Of a stretch of 64,000 nucleotides of DNA, positions 1 through 10,312 are shown one piece after another. Position 1 is the stretch's first letter. The number at the start of each line of letters is the position of its first letter. Source of the DNA: Methanobacteriota archaeon (GTDB taxonomy: Archaea; Halobacteriota; Bog-38; Methanoflorentales; Methanoflorentaceae); the NCBI GenBank assembly GCA_963720465.1, contig OY970393.1, forward strand, positions 1,888,001-1,952,000, read 5' to 3'. The notes beneath the pieces are model-generated. The model ran no database searches, was not told the origin of the DNA, and saw nothing but the letters and a program-made list of their open reading frames with translations. A program made the position numbers and the translations under genes.

Positions 1-284
1 CAGCCTTGTTTTTCCAGAGGTCTTTACCGAAAAGAAGACTGGATGATGGCGCGTGTGTGAGAGCAGCGGAAGAAAGCACGGCAGAAGTTTATTGCACAAG
101 CGTGGCCGCATCGCCGGAGTCAATGCCAAGTTCTCGTTCAGTTTGTAAAATAAGAAGGGAAAAGAGGTGACTTCTTAATCAAGGTACTTCCGGGTGCTCA
201 AAGTAATAGATACCCATCACTCAGGAGCCGTAACACAAAAGTGCCCCTCCATTGAGTTCGTAGTCAGCATACGCCTGAGATACG

Positions 285-503
285 TCAGCGGCACCAGCAG
301 CACCCGCACGTTCGCCGACCTCCGCTGAGCTCGTAGTCAGTGTACAGCGGGCAGCCCGGGCAATTACACCCTTGCATCTCGGGGTTTAATTCACTCGAGT
401 TCATGGAGCAAAACACGCCACCCACGAGGCTGTTCTTGATAAACGTGAGACAGCTCTTGCAGATGCACTTTGCTTTTGTCTCTGCGTTCAAAGGAACTTT
501 CAT
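285..503 (-). CDS. DUF2769-family small Cys-rich protein (aberrant C-terminus)
   Basis: CICKSC...GGVFC...GCNCPGCPLY motif pattern. GGAGGTGA Shine-Dalgarno precedes the ATG at 503, so the start is placed there rather than at 611. Confidence 0.7.
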   Translation of the reverse strand: MKVPLNAETKAKCICKSCLTFIKNSLVGGVFCSMNSSELNPEMQGCNCPGCPLYTDYELSGGRRTCGCCWCR

Positions 504-604
504 GTGGGAATCACCTCCCTCACGCTTTTCATGCACACTGGCTGCGTCGCCTTCTGCTTCGGCATCTGCATCGGGAACGCCTAAACTTCTTTTAATCATC
601 ATGA

Positions 605-1453
605 CTACCACAAATACAGCGAGGTGGGATCGGGACCTTCCCCTGCGTTTTTAACAGCTACCTCTATCGTCTCTAAAATGTAATCTGAAGGGAGAGCACT
701 AGCCAGTCCAGAATTCTCAACAAATTTTATCCGTTGCTCTTTAGTTTGGAGGCTTACTACAATATCCTCGTACGGTAGATACGCCGAGACGATGCCAATA
801 ACGCAAGGGAAATCGATTGGCTGCGTTCGATCAGTAGATGCACCATATTGAGGTCTCGATAGGATGACGGGACTTCCGCTATTTCCTGGAAAAACGAATG
901 TATCTAACAAGAAGCTAGAAGTAGGTCTCTCTAACGCATCCTGTATGCGAGCGACAGATCCAGATCTCGCAATAGGATAGCGCCACATACGATCAATGAG
1001 TCCCATAGGATAGCCAAGAACATAAACCGGATCCCCCTCCGAGACGTTAGCATCGCGCATTTGATCAATAGTCATAAGAGTTTCGACATCAAACGATAGA
1101 ATTTGCTGTCCGTCTTCCTTAAGCTTTGCACCGTGGAGGCCTATTACGGCAATGTCGAGATCATCGTGAGGGTGGCTAACCCACCGTTGAGGGGTCTCCC
1201 GTTCATCATCTATAAGCGGCACGCGATAATCTTTAGTTTCCTTACCCCTTTCGGGGTTAAACCGAAGCACAACAGAGTTCTCTCCTTCGAGCACATGCTT
1301 ATTGGTGACCAAGAAGACGTGGCGGCCGATTTCACACCCGTCTTTTATGACCGGTCGCCCGACTAAGAAGCCTGTTGCACCCCACATGGTGCCATTCTGT
1401 TCGACATAACCGATTGCAACGACGCTATCCAGCGCTACGGGCAACAGAGCCAT
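605..1453 (-). CDS. Trypsin-like serine protease
   Basis: TNKHV (His), DIAV (Asp) and GNSGSP (Ser) catalytic triad motifs. Confidence 0.85.
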   Translation of the reverse strand: MALLPVALDSVVAIGYVEQNGTMWGATGFLVGRPVIKDGCEIGRHVFLVTNKHVLEGENSVVLRFNPERGKETKDYRVPLIDDERETPQRWVSHPHDDLDIAVIGLHGAKLKEDGQQILSFDVETLMTIDQMRDANVSEGDPVYVLGYPMGLIDRMWRYPIARSGSVARIQDALERPTSSFLLDTFVFPGNSGSPVILSRPQYGASTDRTQPIDFPCVIGIVSAYLPYEDIVVSLQTKEQRIKFVENSGLASALPSDYILETIEVAVKNAGEGPDPTSLYLW

Positions 1454-1596
1454 TTTCTACTCTCTTGTTGGGCCTCACTAATATGTGGTCTTGGTCCTTT
1501 TGTTTTGGCTTAGTGGCTAGCACACGTTAAACGCTTCTATTCATAGCATCAGCACAAAGGTGTCCACACAAAAATAGAGGGTGCGAGGACGCTCAT

Positions 1597-1670
1597 ATGA
1601 ATCCCAATGAACTCTTAGCCCGATCAAAGCGGGCGAATCAGAGACCACCGAACTTAAAGAGAATTTTAGC
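1597..1670 (+). pseudogene. N-terminal fragment of a Schlafen/AlbA_2-domain protein
   Basis: ATG 1597 reads MNPNELLA; after a 1-nt frameshift it reads IKAGESETTELKENF, matching the AlbA_2 start motif GESETxEfKE. Nothing homologous follows. Confidence 0.55.
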
Positions 1671-1952
1671 GGCCGTTATCTATGCCGTAGAGGCGTCAAG
1701 CTAAGCGCCTATAAGGGATGCGGAGCAAAAAATGAAGGTCTCTAGATGGATGGAAAGAGTTTCAAGCACGAGCTGAAGGTCTTCAAGGAGTTACATGACA
1801 GGAGCGGATTGCTTGGAAAAGCTGGCAGCTATAGAGACCGATTTCCGGAAATCTTCAACCGAAAGACGCTGATTTCGAGGAGAAGCTGCATTAACGAAAT
1901 CGAAACAAGTTGTACCAGCTTTTTACTACCCCTTTTGCTCCTGCGTTAACAA

Positions 1953-2489
1953 CTAGAATGGCACGGCATCATAGATTTGCCGTAAGTCGCTCTCTTCGAA
2001 CTGCAGTAAGGTCCAATGTCCGAGCAACATCTGAACCCGGCGAATGTCGGTGTTGTGCCGCGCCAAGTTGACCGCAAAGGAGTGCCTAAGCGTGTGCGGA
2101 TGCACGTCCGGACCGATATTGGCGAGGATCCCGTATTTCTTGACGATGTTGTAAAGCTGCCGTCGCTTGAACGGGAAGAGTTTTGCATCATTTTCAATGT
2201 CTTTTTGTGCCGCGTATGAAAGGAGCTCGTCCACCGAATCCTTTTTCAATAAAACACGCCGTTCTTTGCCGCCCTTGGCGTTGGTTATCGTAATGATGCC
2301 GTTCTTTTTTTCGATGTTCGTCGGCGTGACGGCCAGCACCTCAGAGGAGCGCATGCCTGTCTCCCACATAGTCTTGATGATAAGGTAGTCGCGATAGTTG
2401 CATGTACCAGCCACATCAAGCATTGCGTGCACCTCCTCGCACTCAAGGAATTCAAGGTGTTTCATAAAGCTCGCGCCTCGATTGCTCAA
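1953..2489 (-). pseudogene. Short XerC/D-like tyrosine recombinase (catalytic domain only), catalytic Tyr deleted
   Basis: TGMRSSE, AKGGKER, HPHTLRHSFA and LLGH motifs. An 18-bp in-frame deletion removes NVTSVY relative to the paralog at 9100. Confidence 0.8.
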
Positions 2490-3068
2490 AATAGCTTGCT
2501 CGCCTTTAGAAGACGTTTTACGTCAATGGCACACTGAATCTCCAAACGTGCTTTTTTATTATGGAACGGGGTTTCGAGGGTACTCCGTTCGTTGGGGTGG
2601 GAGTTGCCGTCGGCGGGGCTTGCTGCGGGTGGTGAACCGTCACACCCAGCTATTGCAACGACCTCAGCGCGACGACAAAACACCGATAGTGTCGCGAAGA
2701 GGCGGTTATCATATCTCATGTTTCAGCCCCTTTTAAATACGTAAGACTCGGCTGCTCAAACTCAAGGTTCTGCTTACCGTGCTCAGCTATAGCATGACCA
2801 TCTACTAAGTTGTCGCGCGCTGCGAAACACAATACGACTTTGTAGCTGCCAATTGTAACACGCCTCTACAAATATTCTCGCAGTTTTGACCTCGAAAACC
2901 AAACCTGAGTTTGGAACTTTAGGAATTGGCGAGAAGTTTTGCAAAATGTTCAAAATTCCTTCTCCAGCCCTTAAATAATGCTATAGTAAGGGCAAAAGGA
3001 GGCCGCTAAGGCGTTATTCATTGCACACAACCTAACGATGAAGAACGAAGGGTGGTAATGTTAGCGAC

Positions 3069-4046
3069 GTGCAGAGCATGACTGAGCAATCGTCGGATTA
3101 TACAACGGATGCCTACGCGTTGCAGCTGCAAGGCCTGACAAAGACATACGGTGACCTGGTTGCCGTTGACGATCTCAGCCTGCAAATCAAGAAGGGAGAG
3201 ATATTCGGATTTTTAGGACCGAACGGAGCCGGAAAGACCACCACGATCAGTATGATGGTCGGACTGCTGACCCCGACAAGCGGTGCGGTGCTCATCAACG
3301 GACAAGACCGGGCGCAAGCGCCGAAAAGGAGCATAGGCATCTGTCCGCAAGACCTCGTCTTGTGGGAGGAGCTGACGTGCACCGAGAACCTCATCGTCAT
3401 GGGCGACATGTACGACCTTCCACGGGCCGTCACGAAAGAACGCGTGCGCTCATTACTCGCTGCTCTTACACTCTCTGAAAAGGCGAACGCACGTGTGTCG
3501 CAGCTGTCCGGAGGGATGAAGCGCAGGCTCAACATCGCACTCGCTGTTATTCACGATCCTGATATCGTCGTGCTGGACGAACCCTCTACGGGCTTAGACC
3601 CGCAATCTCGTCTGTTGCTGTGGGACTTTGTTCGCTCGCTCAAGAACAAAGAGGGAAAAACCATCATCCTCACAACCCACGTTATGCAGGAGGCCGATGC
3701 ACTGAGTGACCGCATCGCCATCATCGACCACGGCAAGCTTCTTCAGTTCGACACACCCGCAAACCTGAAAAAGAAGATCGGGTCCGGTGACATCATCGAG
3801 ATGCAACTCACCGAACGAGAGAAGAACGCAGCGGTCATTGAAGACCTCAAATCCGTCAACGGCATCCTAGAAATCAACGACGCGAGCGGAAAGATCACCA
3901 TACGAGCGTTAAACGCCGTCAACCTGCTCCCTGAGATAACCGAACGCGTCGATGCGATTCGCACCCGGATCGCGGATATTTCACTTCGGGAAAACACGCT
4001 CGAGGACGTCTTCATCTACCTCACCGGAAGGGGGCTGCGGGAGTGA
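3069..4046 (+). CDS. ABC-2 type exporter ATP-binding subunit (DrrA-like)
   Basis: GPNGAGKTT, LSGGMKRR, LDEPSTGLD and TTH motifs; C-terminal TLEDVF. Confidence 0.95.
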   Translation: MQSMTEQSSDYTTDAYALQLQGLTKTYGDLVAVDDLSLQIKKGEIFGFLGPNGAGKTTTISMMVGLLTPTSGAVLINGQDRAQAPKRSIGICPQDLVLWEELTCTENLIVMGDMYDLPRAVTKERVRSLLAALTLSEKANARVSQLSGGMKRRLNIALAVIHDPDIVVLDEPSTGLDPQSRLLLWDFVRSLKNKEGKTIILTTHVMQEADALSDRIAIIDHGKLLQFDTPANLKKKIGSGDIIEMQLTEREKNAAVIEDLKSVNGILEINDASGKITIRALNAVNLLPEITERVDAIRTRIADISLRENTLEDVFIYLTGRGLRE

Positions 4047-5395
4047 CGGTGAAGTCTCTCTCATTAGCGATTAAGGCGCTCAAGCGAACAATTCGGGACC
4101 GTCGCACGCTTTTTTTCCTCTTGCTATTCCCTATAGTGCTCATGATCATTTTTGCTTTCGCCTTCGGCAGTTCCAACTCGCTTGGCACTGGGACAGCGCC
4201 TCACGAGATTGTGGTCATTAATCTCGACCAAGGGGCAGCGGTGTCCATCAACAATACCACCGAGCACATCAACGCCGGCGCGAAGTTCACGCAGCTCCTC
4301 GAAAACGTCACCTACCCGCAAACCGACACCCACATGTTCACCCTCAATAACGTGAGTGCAGATCAGGCCCTGGCAATGCTCAAAGGGCGCGCCCTCGATG
4401 CGGTGATCACGATTCCAGGGAATTTTTCGCAAGCGGTCGTATCATTGACCAATGCCTCCACGCGGGCTGAAACGACCTCAGATATCGGGCTGCGGGTAAT
4501 AAACGGAAGCGCCGCTCAGCTGCCGGTGAATACCACGCTTCCGAAACAGGGCAACGTCACCACACAGGTCATCGTCGAAGGGGACACGGATAGTACCGCA
4601 TTTGCCGCCGCGCAAAGCCTGATCTTCAATCTCCTCCAACAGTACCAAGGCCAGATACAGGCCATGACGATTCGACAGGTTGACGACACGCTGGCACAAA
4701 ACGGAAGCAATTCGAACATCAACTACATTTCGGCGGCCGTACAGCCACTCACAGGCACCCGATCACTAACGCTCTTCGACTACCAGGCACCAGGAGTGAT
4801 TGTGTTCGCCTTGCTCTTGCAGGTCGGCAGCGTCGCGCAGGACCTTGCGAGGGAATCTGCCCGCGGGACGCTCGGTAGACTCAAACTCTCCAATATGCGG
4901 TCATTTGACCTCCTGTTCGGCACGTTGCTCAGCTGGATCGTCTTCGCCGTAGCGCAAATACTGCTCCTCCTCGGAGTCGCCGTGGCGCTCGGGTTTGAGT
5001 GGTTCGGCGGCGCGAATTCCATCGTGCTTGCCCTGCTCATTGGCCTCATAGGCGGGATAGCCTCGATTTCGCTCGGCTTGCTGCTTGCGGCGTTTACCAC
5101 CAACGAGCGGCAGGCGGCACAATTAGGGGTGCTCATTGCCGTGCCGGTGTTTTTCCTCACCGGGTCGTTCTTTCCACTCCCCAACGAGATACTTGGAACA
5201 GCGTTTGGGACGACGTTCCAGGTCTATGACCTGCTCCCCTGGACACAGGTCGCGGATGCGTTGCGTCAGATCCTCGTCTTCGGGAGTGGCTTTGGCGACG
5301 TAGCGGCCTACGTGGGATTTGCGATCGTTCTCACCGCAATCCTCTTTGTCATTGGCGTGATTTTTTATTCGCTGGTGCGGTTGCGGCCGGAATAG
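4043..5395 (+). CDS. ABC-2 type exporter permease with large extracellular domain
   Basis: 4-bp overlap with the ATPase gene; N-terminal TM, Asn/Thr-rich external domain with many N-x-S/T sequons, C-terminal multi-TM ABC-2 region. Confidence 0.9.
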   Translation: MTVKSLSLAIKALKRTIRDRRTLFFLLLFPIVLMIIFAFAFGSSNSLGTGTAPHEIVVINLDQGAAVSINNTTEHINAGAKFTQLLENVTYPQTDTHMFTLNNVSADQALAMLKGRALDAVITIPGNFSQAVVSLTNASTRAETTSDIGLRVINGSAAQLPVNTTLPKQGNVTTQVIVEGDTDSTAFAAAQSLIFNLLQQYQGQIQAMTIRQVDDTLAQNGSNSNINYISAAVQPLTGTRSLTLFDYQAPGVIVFALLLQVGSVAQDLARESARGTLGRLKLSNMRSFDLLFGTLLSWIVFAVAQILLLLGVAVALGFEWFGGANSIVLALLIGLIGGIASISLGLLLAAFTTNERQAAQLGVLIAVPVFFLTGSFFPLPNEILGTAFGTTFQVYDLLPWTQVADALRQILVFGSGFGDVAAYVGFAIVLTAILFVIGVIFYSLVRLRPE

Positions 5396-5411
5396 AGCCT
5401 TCCAGCTGGCA

Positions 5412-5570
5412 GAGGAGATGGCTTGGAAATGCTCGCTATCGCGGCGGGAACGTTCATATTTAGCACGGCGATGACAACGGTGCAAATACTCGTGTTCTGC
5501 CTCGTCGCCACCCCCTACATTTCGAGCCTTGTGACGTTTGGTGCCATAGCGCGGGAAATGAGCGGACAGA
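5412..5570 (+). pseudogene. C-terminal fragment of ferrous iron transporter FeoB
   Basis: (EMA)LEMLAIAAGT...MTTVQILVFCLVATPYISSLVTFGAIAREMSG resembles the FeoB C-terminal gate (VF...LYIPCxAT...RE.G); no N-terminal GTPase domain nearby. Confidence 0.5.
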
Positions 5571-5973
5571 GATGCATCCGCCCGCCATCGCGCGAAAACG
5601 GGCGAAACTTTTGTTCTGACCATGCAAATCCGATCAAGAAAGGAGTCTCTATTCTCTCACGACAATATACTGAAGCCGTATCGTGGGCCCCTATACATTG
5701 GAGGTGAGAAAGAGATGTCATTGCATGTGCGCATAGCTCCTGACTTGGACGACGAGGAACACGTTCGGAAAGGATCGAAAACAGTGAATGGGAAGAGTAG
5801 TAATAATGACATTGCCATCCCATCATACCCTAAACATCCTATTCCTATTAGTTCCCACGAGTGATCAGGGAAAATTCGAAAAAATACTCTTTATGTTTTT
5901 GTACACTCTATGTTTGTGTTTACCGCCTAGGACAGCACGGAGTGCGCGACCACAACCGTTATTGCCGAGGCCG

Positions 5974-6252
5974 TCAGCCCTGAGACCCGCTCGCTGTGTC
6001 CGTGCTGCCTTCCCTACCGATAACATGCCCTAGAAAAAGGCGTTTGCTCAGTGGGTTACCAGATAGTTGACGTGCTTCCTTATCCGGTTCTACATTCTCT
6101 GCGTCCCTGAAATGTGAAACAAGAGCGTTGAGAGCTTCCACATTATCGAGGCTAATCCGGGACTCCTCAAAGGTTTTGGTCTTCACTTCTTCAAGCGCAC
6201 GACTTAGCAAGTCAGCTTCGCCGTCCGTCAAAACTAACGCCTTGGTGAGCAT
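5974..6252 (-). CDS. Hypothetical protein
   Basis: 92-aa ORF with ATG after a GGGGG SD-like run; helical-looking sequence; no family recognised. Confidence 0.4.
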   Translation of the reverse strand: MLTKALVLTDGEADLLSRALEEVKTKTFEESRISLDNVEALNALVSHFRDAENVEPDKEARQLSGNPLSKRLFLGHVIGREGSTDTASGSQG

Positions 6253-6425
6253 TTTCGCCCCCCTAGTAAGTGATAGTCACACGGAGTGCATGACATATTT
6301 CATGTTTGATTTTTTCTAATGGCAATATAAGCGTCAAAATGGCCGTTATTCCTCGCACAGAGCTCCTAGCTTGAACAGATAAATGCTAAATCCAAGCTAC
6401 GAGTAGCGTACATCAATACCTTTGA

Positions 6426-8024
6426 TCACCCGATGCTGCGACGCTGGAACCCGATGAGGCCGACGATTGTAAGGATCAATGCCGCGAGGGTCAGCGAAAC
6501 TAGGGGCATCACGGACACCCCGCTGACAAGGACCGCTGGCACGTGGTTGAATGGCGAGATGTTTAGGATCGACTGGTTCACCTGCAACGTCTCGCCGATT
6601 AACTCGACCAGGATGAACGCCCCCAGTGCCCCCCAACTCACGAACGACAGCCGAGGTGCAAGACCGTACAGGGCCATCGCGATCCCCCCTATCACCCAGA
6701 CGGCTGGCAAGTAGGCGAGCGTGGCGACCAGCACCCGGGGCAGCTCGTACCCCACGTTGCCGGTGCTCAGCCCGTAGGTCAGGCCGGCTGGCACGCCGAA
6801 GGCCGTGAGCACGACCGCCGAGCCAATAACCATAAGGGCGAGGTCACTCGACGCCCACCGCACTCTGCTGACTGCGGCGCCAAGCACGTGATCGAGACGC
6901 CCCTCGACCTCCTCGGACTGTAGCTGCAGCGTGGCCGTGATCGCGTATGCGCCGGCGATCCAGCCGAGGAACGTGAGAGAGAGGGTAATAAGGGCGTCAG
7001 TGTATGCCGAGGGGCCACCAAAATGGGCGAACAAGTTTGTAAGCTGTGCGTTAGCGGCCAGCAGGTTCGCGGAGGTTTTCGCAAGATAGCCAATCATAAC
7101 GCCGTACGCCGCAAACAACGTGGCCCAGGCAAGCAGTGTGCGCCGGTGCAGCCTCCACGCTAGAGCTAGTGGGCCGCGGAGTCGGGGCGACGCCCTCGCC
7201 GGGCCAAGTCGCGGCCTCAGAATGCCGGCGCCGACGTCTCGACGTGAGGAGAGCGCGTAAGCCATCGCGATCAGCACGATGACCGCGCCGAGGAAGAGGG
7301 CAAATACCGCCCACTGTTCGTTGGCGAATGGTTGGACGAGGTGCATCCACCCAAAAGGCGAGGTCCACGACAGCCACGACTGCCCGCTCGGCTCGTTCGC
7401 ATCGCCAACAGCGTTCAACAGGTAAAACAGAACAAAAAATGCCCCTGCGATGCCCCTCGCGACCCCGGCGCTCTCGGCCAGCTGCCCTGCCACGCCGGCG
7501 AGGGCAGCAAACGTCCACCCGATCGCTGCGAACGACAGCCCCAGTGCGACTGACCCGGCGACGGGAAGCCCAAAAGCGACCAGCGCTGCAGCGACGAGAG
7601 CGGCGATCGCTAGGTCGGCGAACAGCGTCACGATCAAGCTCGCCGACAACGGCGCTCGTCTGCCCACTACGCCCGAGCCCAGCAGCTCGTACCGTCCAGT
7701 CTCCTCGTCGGCGCGCGTGTGCCGGATCACGGTAAGCGCGCTCGCCCCGGCAACGATCAGTGCAGCGAAGAGGCTAGACCGCCACGCGGTTAGTCCGCCG
7801 ATGGTCGGAGAGGACACGGGACCGAGCAGCGCGACGAATCCCGGACTGTTCACTATCTGAGCGGCGAGCATCTGTTGCAACGCGGCGGTGGGATAGAGAC
7901 GCACGAACGCGGCAGCTACGACGACGACGAACAGGGGCGGCAGCGCGATCCAGATCGGCAGCAGAAGGCGATCCCGCCGCAGGATTAACCGAATGAGTGC
8001 GCCAGTGCCGCTAAACTCGCTCAT
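6426..8024 (-). CDS. ABC-2 type multidrug/polyketide-exporter permease
   Basis: RHTRADEETGRYELL motif, duplicated TM halves, coupled to the upstream ATPase. Confidence 0.9.
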   Translation of the reverse strand: MSEFSGTGALIRLILRRDRLLLPIWIALPPLFVVVVAAAFVRLYPTAALQQMLAAQIVNSPGFVALLGPVSSPTIGGLTAWRSSLFAALIVAGASALTVIRHTRADEETGRYELLGSGVVGRRAPLSASLIVTLFADLAIAALVAAALVAFGLPVAGSVALGLSFAAIGWTFAALAGVAGQLAESAGVARGIAGAFFVLFYLLNAVGDANEPSGQSWLSWTSPFGWMHLVQPFANEQWAVFALFLGAVIVLIAMAYALSSRRDVGAGILRPRLGPARASPRLRGPLALAWRLHRRTLLAWATLFAAYGVMIGYLAKTSANLLAANAQLTNLFAHFGGPSAYTDALITLSLTFLGWIAGAYAITATLQLQSEEVEGRLDHVLGAAVSRVRWASSDLALMVIGSAVVLTAFGVPAGLTYGLSTGNVGYELPRVLVATLAYLPAVWVIGGIAMALYGLAPRLSFVSWGALGAFILVELIGETLQVNQSILNISPFNHVPAVLVSGVSVMPLVSLTLAALILTIVGLIGFQRRSIG

Positions 8025-8935
8025 CGGGCGCGTTCCCCTGTCTGGAGTTCGTAATGGCGCAAGAACAGATCCTCGAGCGTAGGCGGGGCACTCGTAAGCG
8101 CGCGCACGTCGAACGGGGTGAGGTGTTCGATTACGCGATTGATCGCACCGGCATCCACGGTAAAATGCGCGCTGACGCCGTCGACGCGTATGTTGTGCAC
8201 GCCCGGAAGTTCGCTGAGTCCGGTGACAGGGCGAGCGGTTTCCACTGAGACCGATATTCGGGTGAGGTGGCGCAGTTCGGCAAGTGTTCCTGACTCGACG
8301 ATCTTGCCTTCCCTAATGATGCTAATTCGGTCACACAACGCCTCGACCTCGGCGAGGATGTGACTGGAGAGCAGCACGGTCTTGCCGGCCTGCTTGATCT
8401 CCGTTACGCAGTCCCGGAACACCGCTTCCATCAGGGGATCGAGGCCCAACGTCGGTTCATCGAGGATGAACAGTTCGACGTCAGAGACAAACGCGGCGAT
8501 AAGGGCCACCTTCTGTCGGTTCCCCGTCGAATACGTCCGACACGGCTTTGTCGGATCGAACTTGAAGCGTTCCACCAGCTCGTCGCGACGCGGCTGGTCG
8601 AAGCCTCCGCGCAGTCTGCCTAACAGGTCGATGACCTCGCCACCGGAGAGGTTTGGCCACAGGCTCACGTCACCTGGCACGTAGGCCAGCCGACGGTGGA
8701 GCGCCGCAGCGTCGCGCCACGGATCAGCGCCGAGTACGCTGACATTCCCGGCGTTCTTGCGGAGCAATCCGAGCAGAATGCGGAGAGTCGTGGTTTTTCC
8801 GGCACCGTTAGGGCCGATAAAGCCAAATACCTCGCCGTCTTCGACCGTGAGGTCCACGTCGTTAAGTGCCAGGGTTTTCCCGTAATACTTGGTCAGATCC
8901 TCAATTTCGATCACCGACAAAGGATTCGCCTCCAA
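8021..8935 (-). CDS. ABC exporter ATP-binding subunit
   Basis: GPNGAGKTT, YSTGNRQK signature variant, LDEPTLGLD, SSH. Confidence 0.95.
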   Translation of the reverse strand: MEANPLSVIEIEDLTKYYGKTLALNDVDLTVEDGEVFGFIGPNGAGKTTTLRILLGLLRKNAGNVSVLGADPWRDAAALHRRLAYVPGDVSLWPNLSGGEVIDLLGRLRGGFDQPRRDELVERFKFDPTKPCRTYSTGNRQKVALIAAFVSDVELFILDEPTLGLDPLMEAVFRDCVTEIKQAGKTVLLSSHILAEVEALCDRISIIREGKIVESGTLAELRHLTRISVSVETARPVTGLSELPGVHNIRVDGVSAHFTVDAGAINRVIEHLTPFDVRALTSAPPTLEDLFLRHYELQTGERAR

Positions 8936-9099
8936 CCATTTTATTCGTCCCGTTCATTTGTAGGCTGCTTAAAGTCTGAGACTTTCAACCCATTACTTAG
9001 CACAAACCACAATGCTTAATCTTCTTTCGCACTTCGATATCAACGAAATCGAAACAAGTTGTGCCGGATGTTCTCGCCGTTTTTGCTCCCGGGTAACAG

Positions 9100-9375
9100 C
9101 TAGAACGGCACAGCATCACAGATTTGCCGTAAGTGGCTCTCGTTGAACTGCAGATACACCGATGTGACATTCAACTTCAAATGTCCGGGCAACATCTGAA
9201 CCGACGAATGTCGGCGTTGTGCCGCACCAAGTTGATAGCAAAGGAGTGTCGCAACGTGTGCGGGTGCACGTCTGGACGAATACCGGTCAGGGTTCCGTAT
9301 TTCTTGACGATGATGTGGGCTGTGGTTGCTTGAGGGGAAGAGTTTTGCATCATTGTTTATGTTGTTTAGTACCAC
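9100..9375 (-). pseudogene. Frameshifted C-terminal half of a short tyrosine recombinase (paralog of 1953-2489)
   Basis: HPHTLRHSFAINLVRHNADIRR in one frame, then GHLKLNVTSVYLQF...DAVPF in another (1-nt loss near 9200); N-terminal half absent. Confidence 0.85.
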
Positions 9376-9882
9376 GTGCTCTTGGACTCGTTCACCTCAG
9401 GCGACCACACGTTGGAATAGCCGGCAACCATGAACCTGTTTGCCGGTCCATATTAGGAAACTCAAGGTAATATCTTATATCAAAGGCCTCAATGTCGTGT
9501 TTTTACGCAAAGGATGGTTCTTGTCGAACTGCGATGAACATCCGAACCGTGATTGAAACGGTGCAGCTGAATGTGCTGACTTCGGTGCATACCCAGCACC
9601 TTTAAGTGTTTCAGGCCCTCGACGACAACGTGATTCTGCCAGAAGGGAGGTCGTGATTAACATCTAGGTCTAGCGAACAAGGAGGGAGACAAACAACAAT
9701 TTGGTTTCCGGCGTGGTCCAGGTCATCCGAAATGGGTATTCTTAGAAATAAAGCGAACTAGCACGTCTCGAACTAGCACCTCTCGCTGCAAAGATAAAAA
9801 TATGCGAGGGAGAAAAAAGCAACAAGCAGAACCAAAAGCGACAGAGACAGGAACTATCAAAAAAACGTAGAAGGAGTATAAG

Positions 9883-10146
9883 ATGAAACGCATAACGCTG
9901 GTGATTCTCATTAGCGTGATAGCCACTCTCTCTATCGCTGCATCCGGGTGCACCTATACCACGGGGGGGCAAAACGGAACCCAAAACGCGACCCAAAATG
10001 CGTCGCACGTCAACATCCGCCTACCTCTCTCGAACCTTTTCGGTTACACCGCGAAAAGTCTCACAGCGATAAGCAATCGGCTTACAGCCCGCAGCCTGTG
10101 GTCTTTGAGTCCTTGTCTACAATCTGAGCGCACGTTGACATTTTAA
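9883..10146 (+). CDS. Putative archaeal lipoprotein, probably truncated
   Basis: MKR + hydrophobic stretch + lipobox ASGC; AGGAG SD; QNGT-QNAT-QNAS repeats. Confidence 0.5.
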   Translation: MKRITLVILISVIATLSIAASGCTYTTGGQNGTQNATQNASHVNIRLPLSNLFGYTAKSLTAISNRLTARSLWSLSPCLQSERTLTF

Positions 10147-10312
10147 AGCGGCTTGCAAAGCGTTGTAATAACTATCAAGCTTCAACATAGTGACCTTTTT
10201 GTGTCAATCTGTTAGTTAGAGTTGATTGCGGCATCGTCGTGACTTTTTAATTTCTCGCTTTGTTCACGCTGGCATTGCTCGCCGTGCGATTCGAGACTGC
10301 TTTGGCTCGTTT

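Noticed and set aside
1945-1955. TTAACAAC at the recombinase stop as a link to the cassette arrays
   Set aside because: A single 8-mer; other isolated copies occur (near 12047 and 29250), so chance is sufficient
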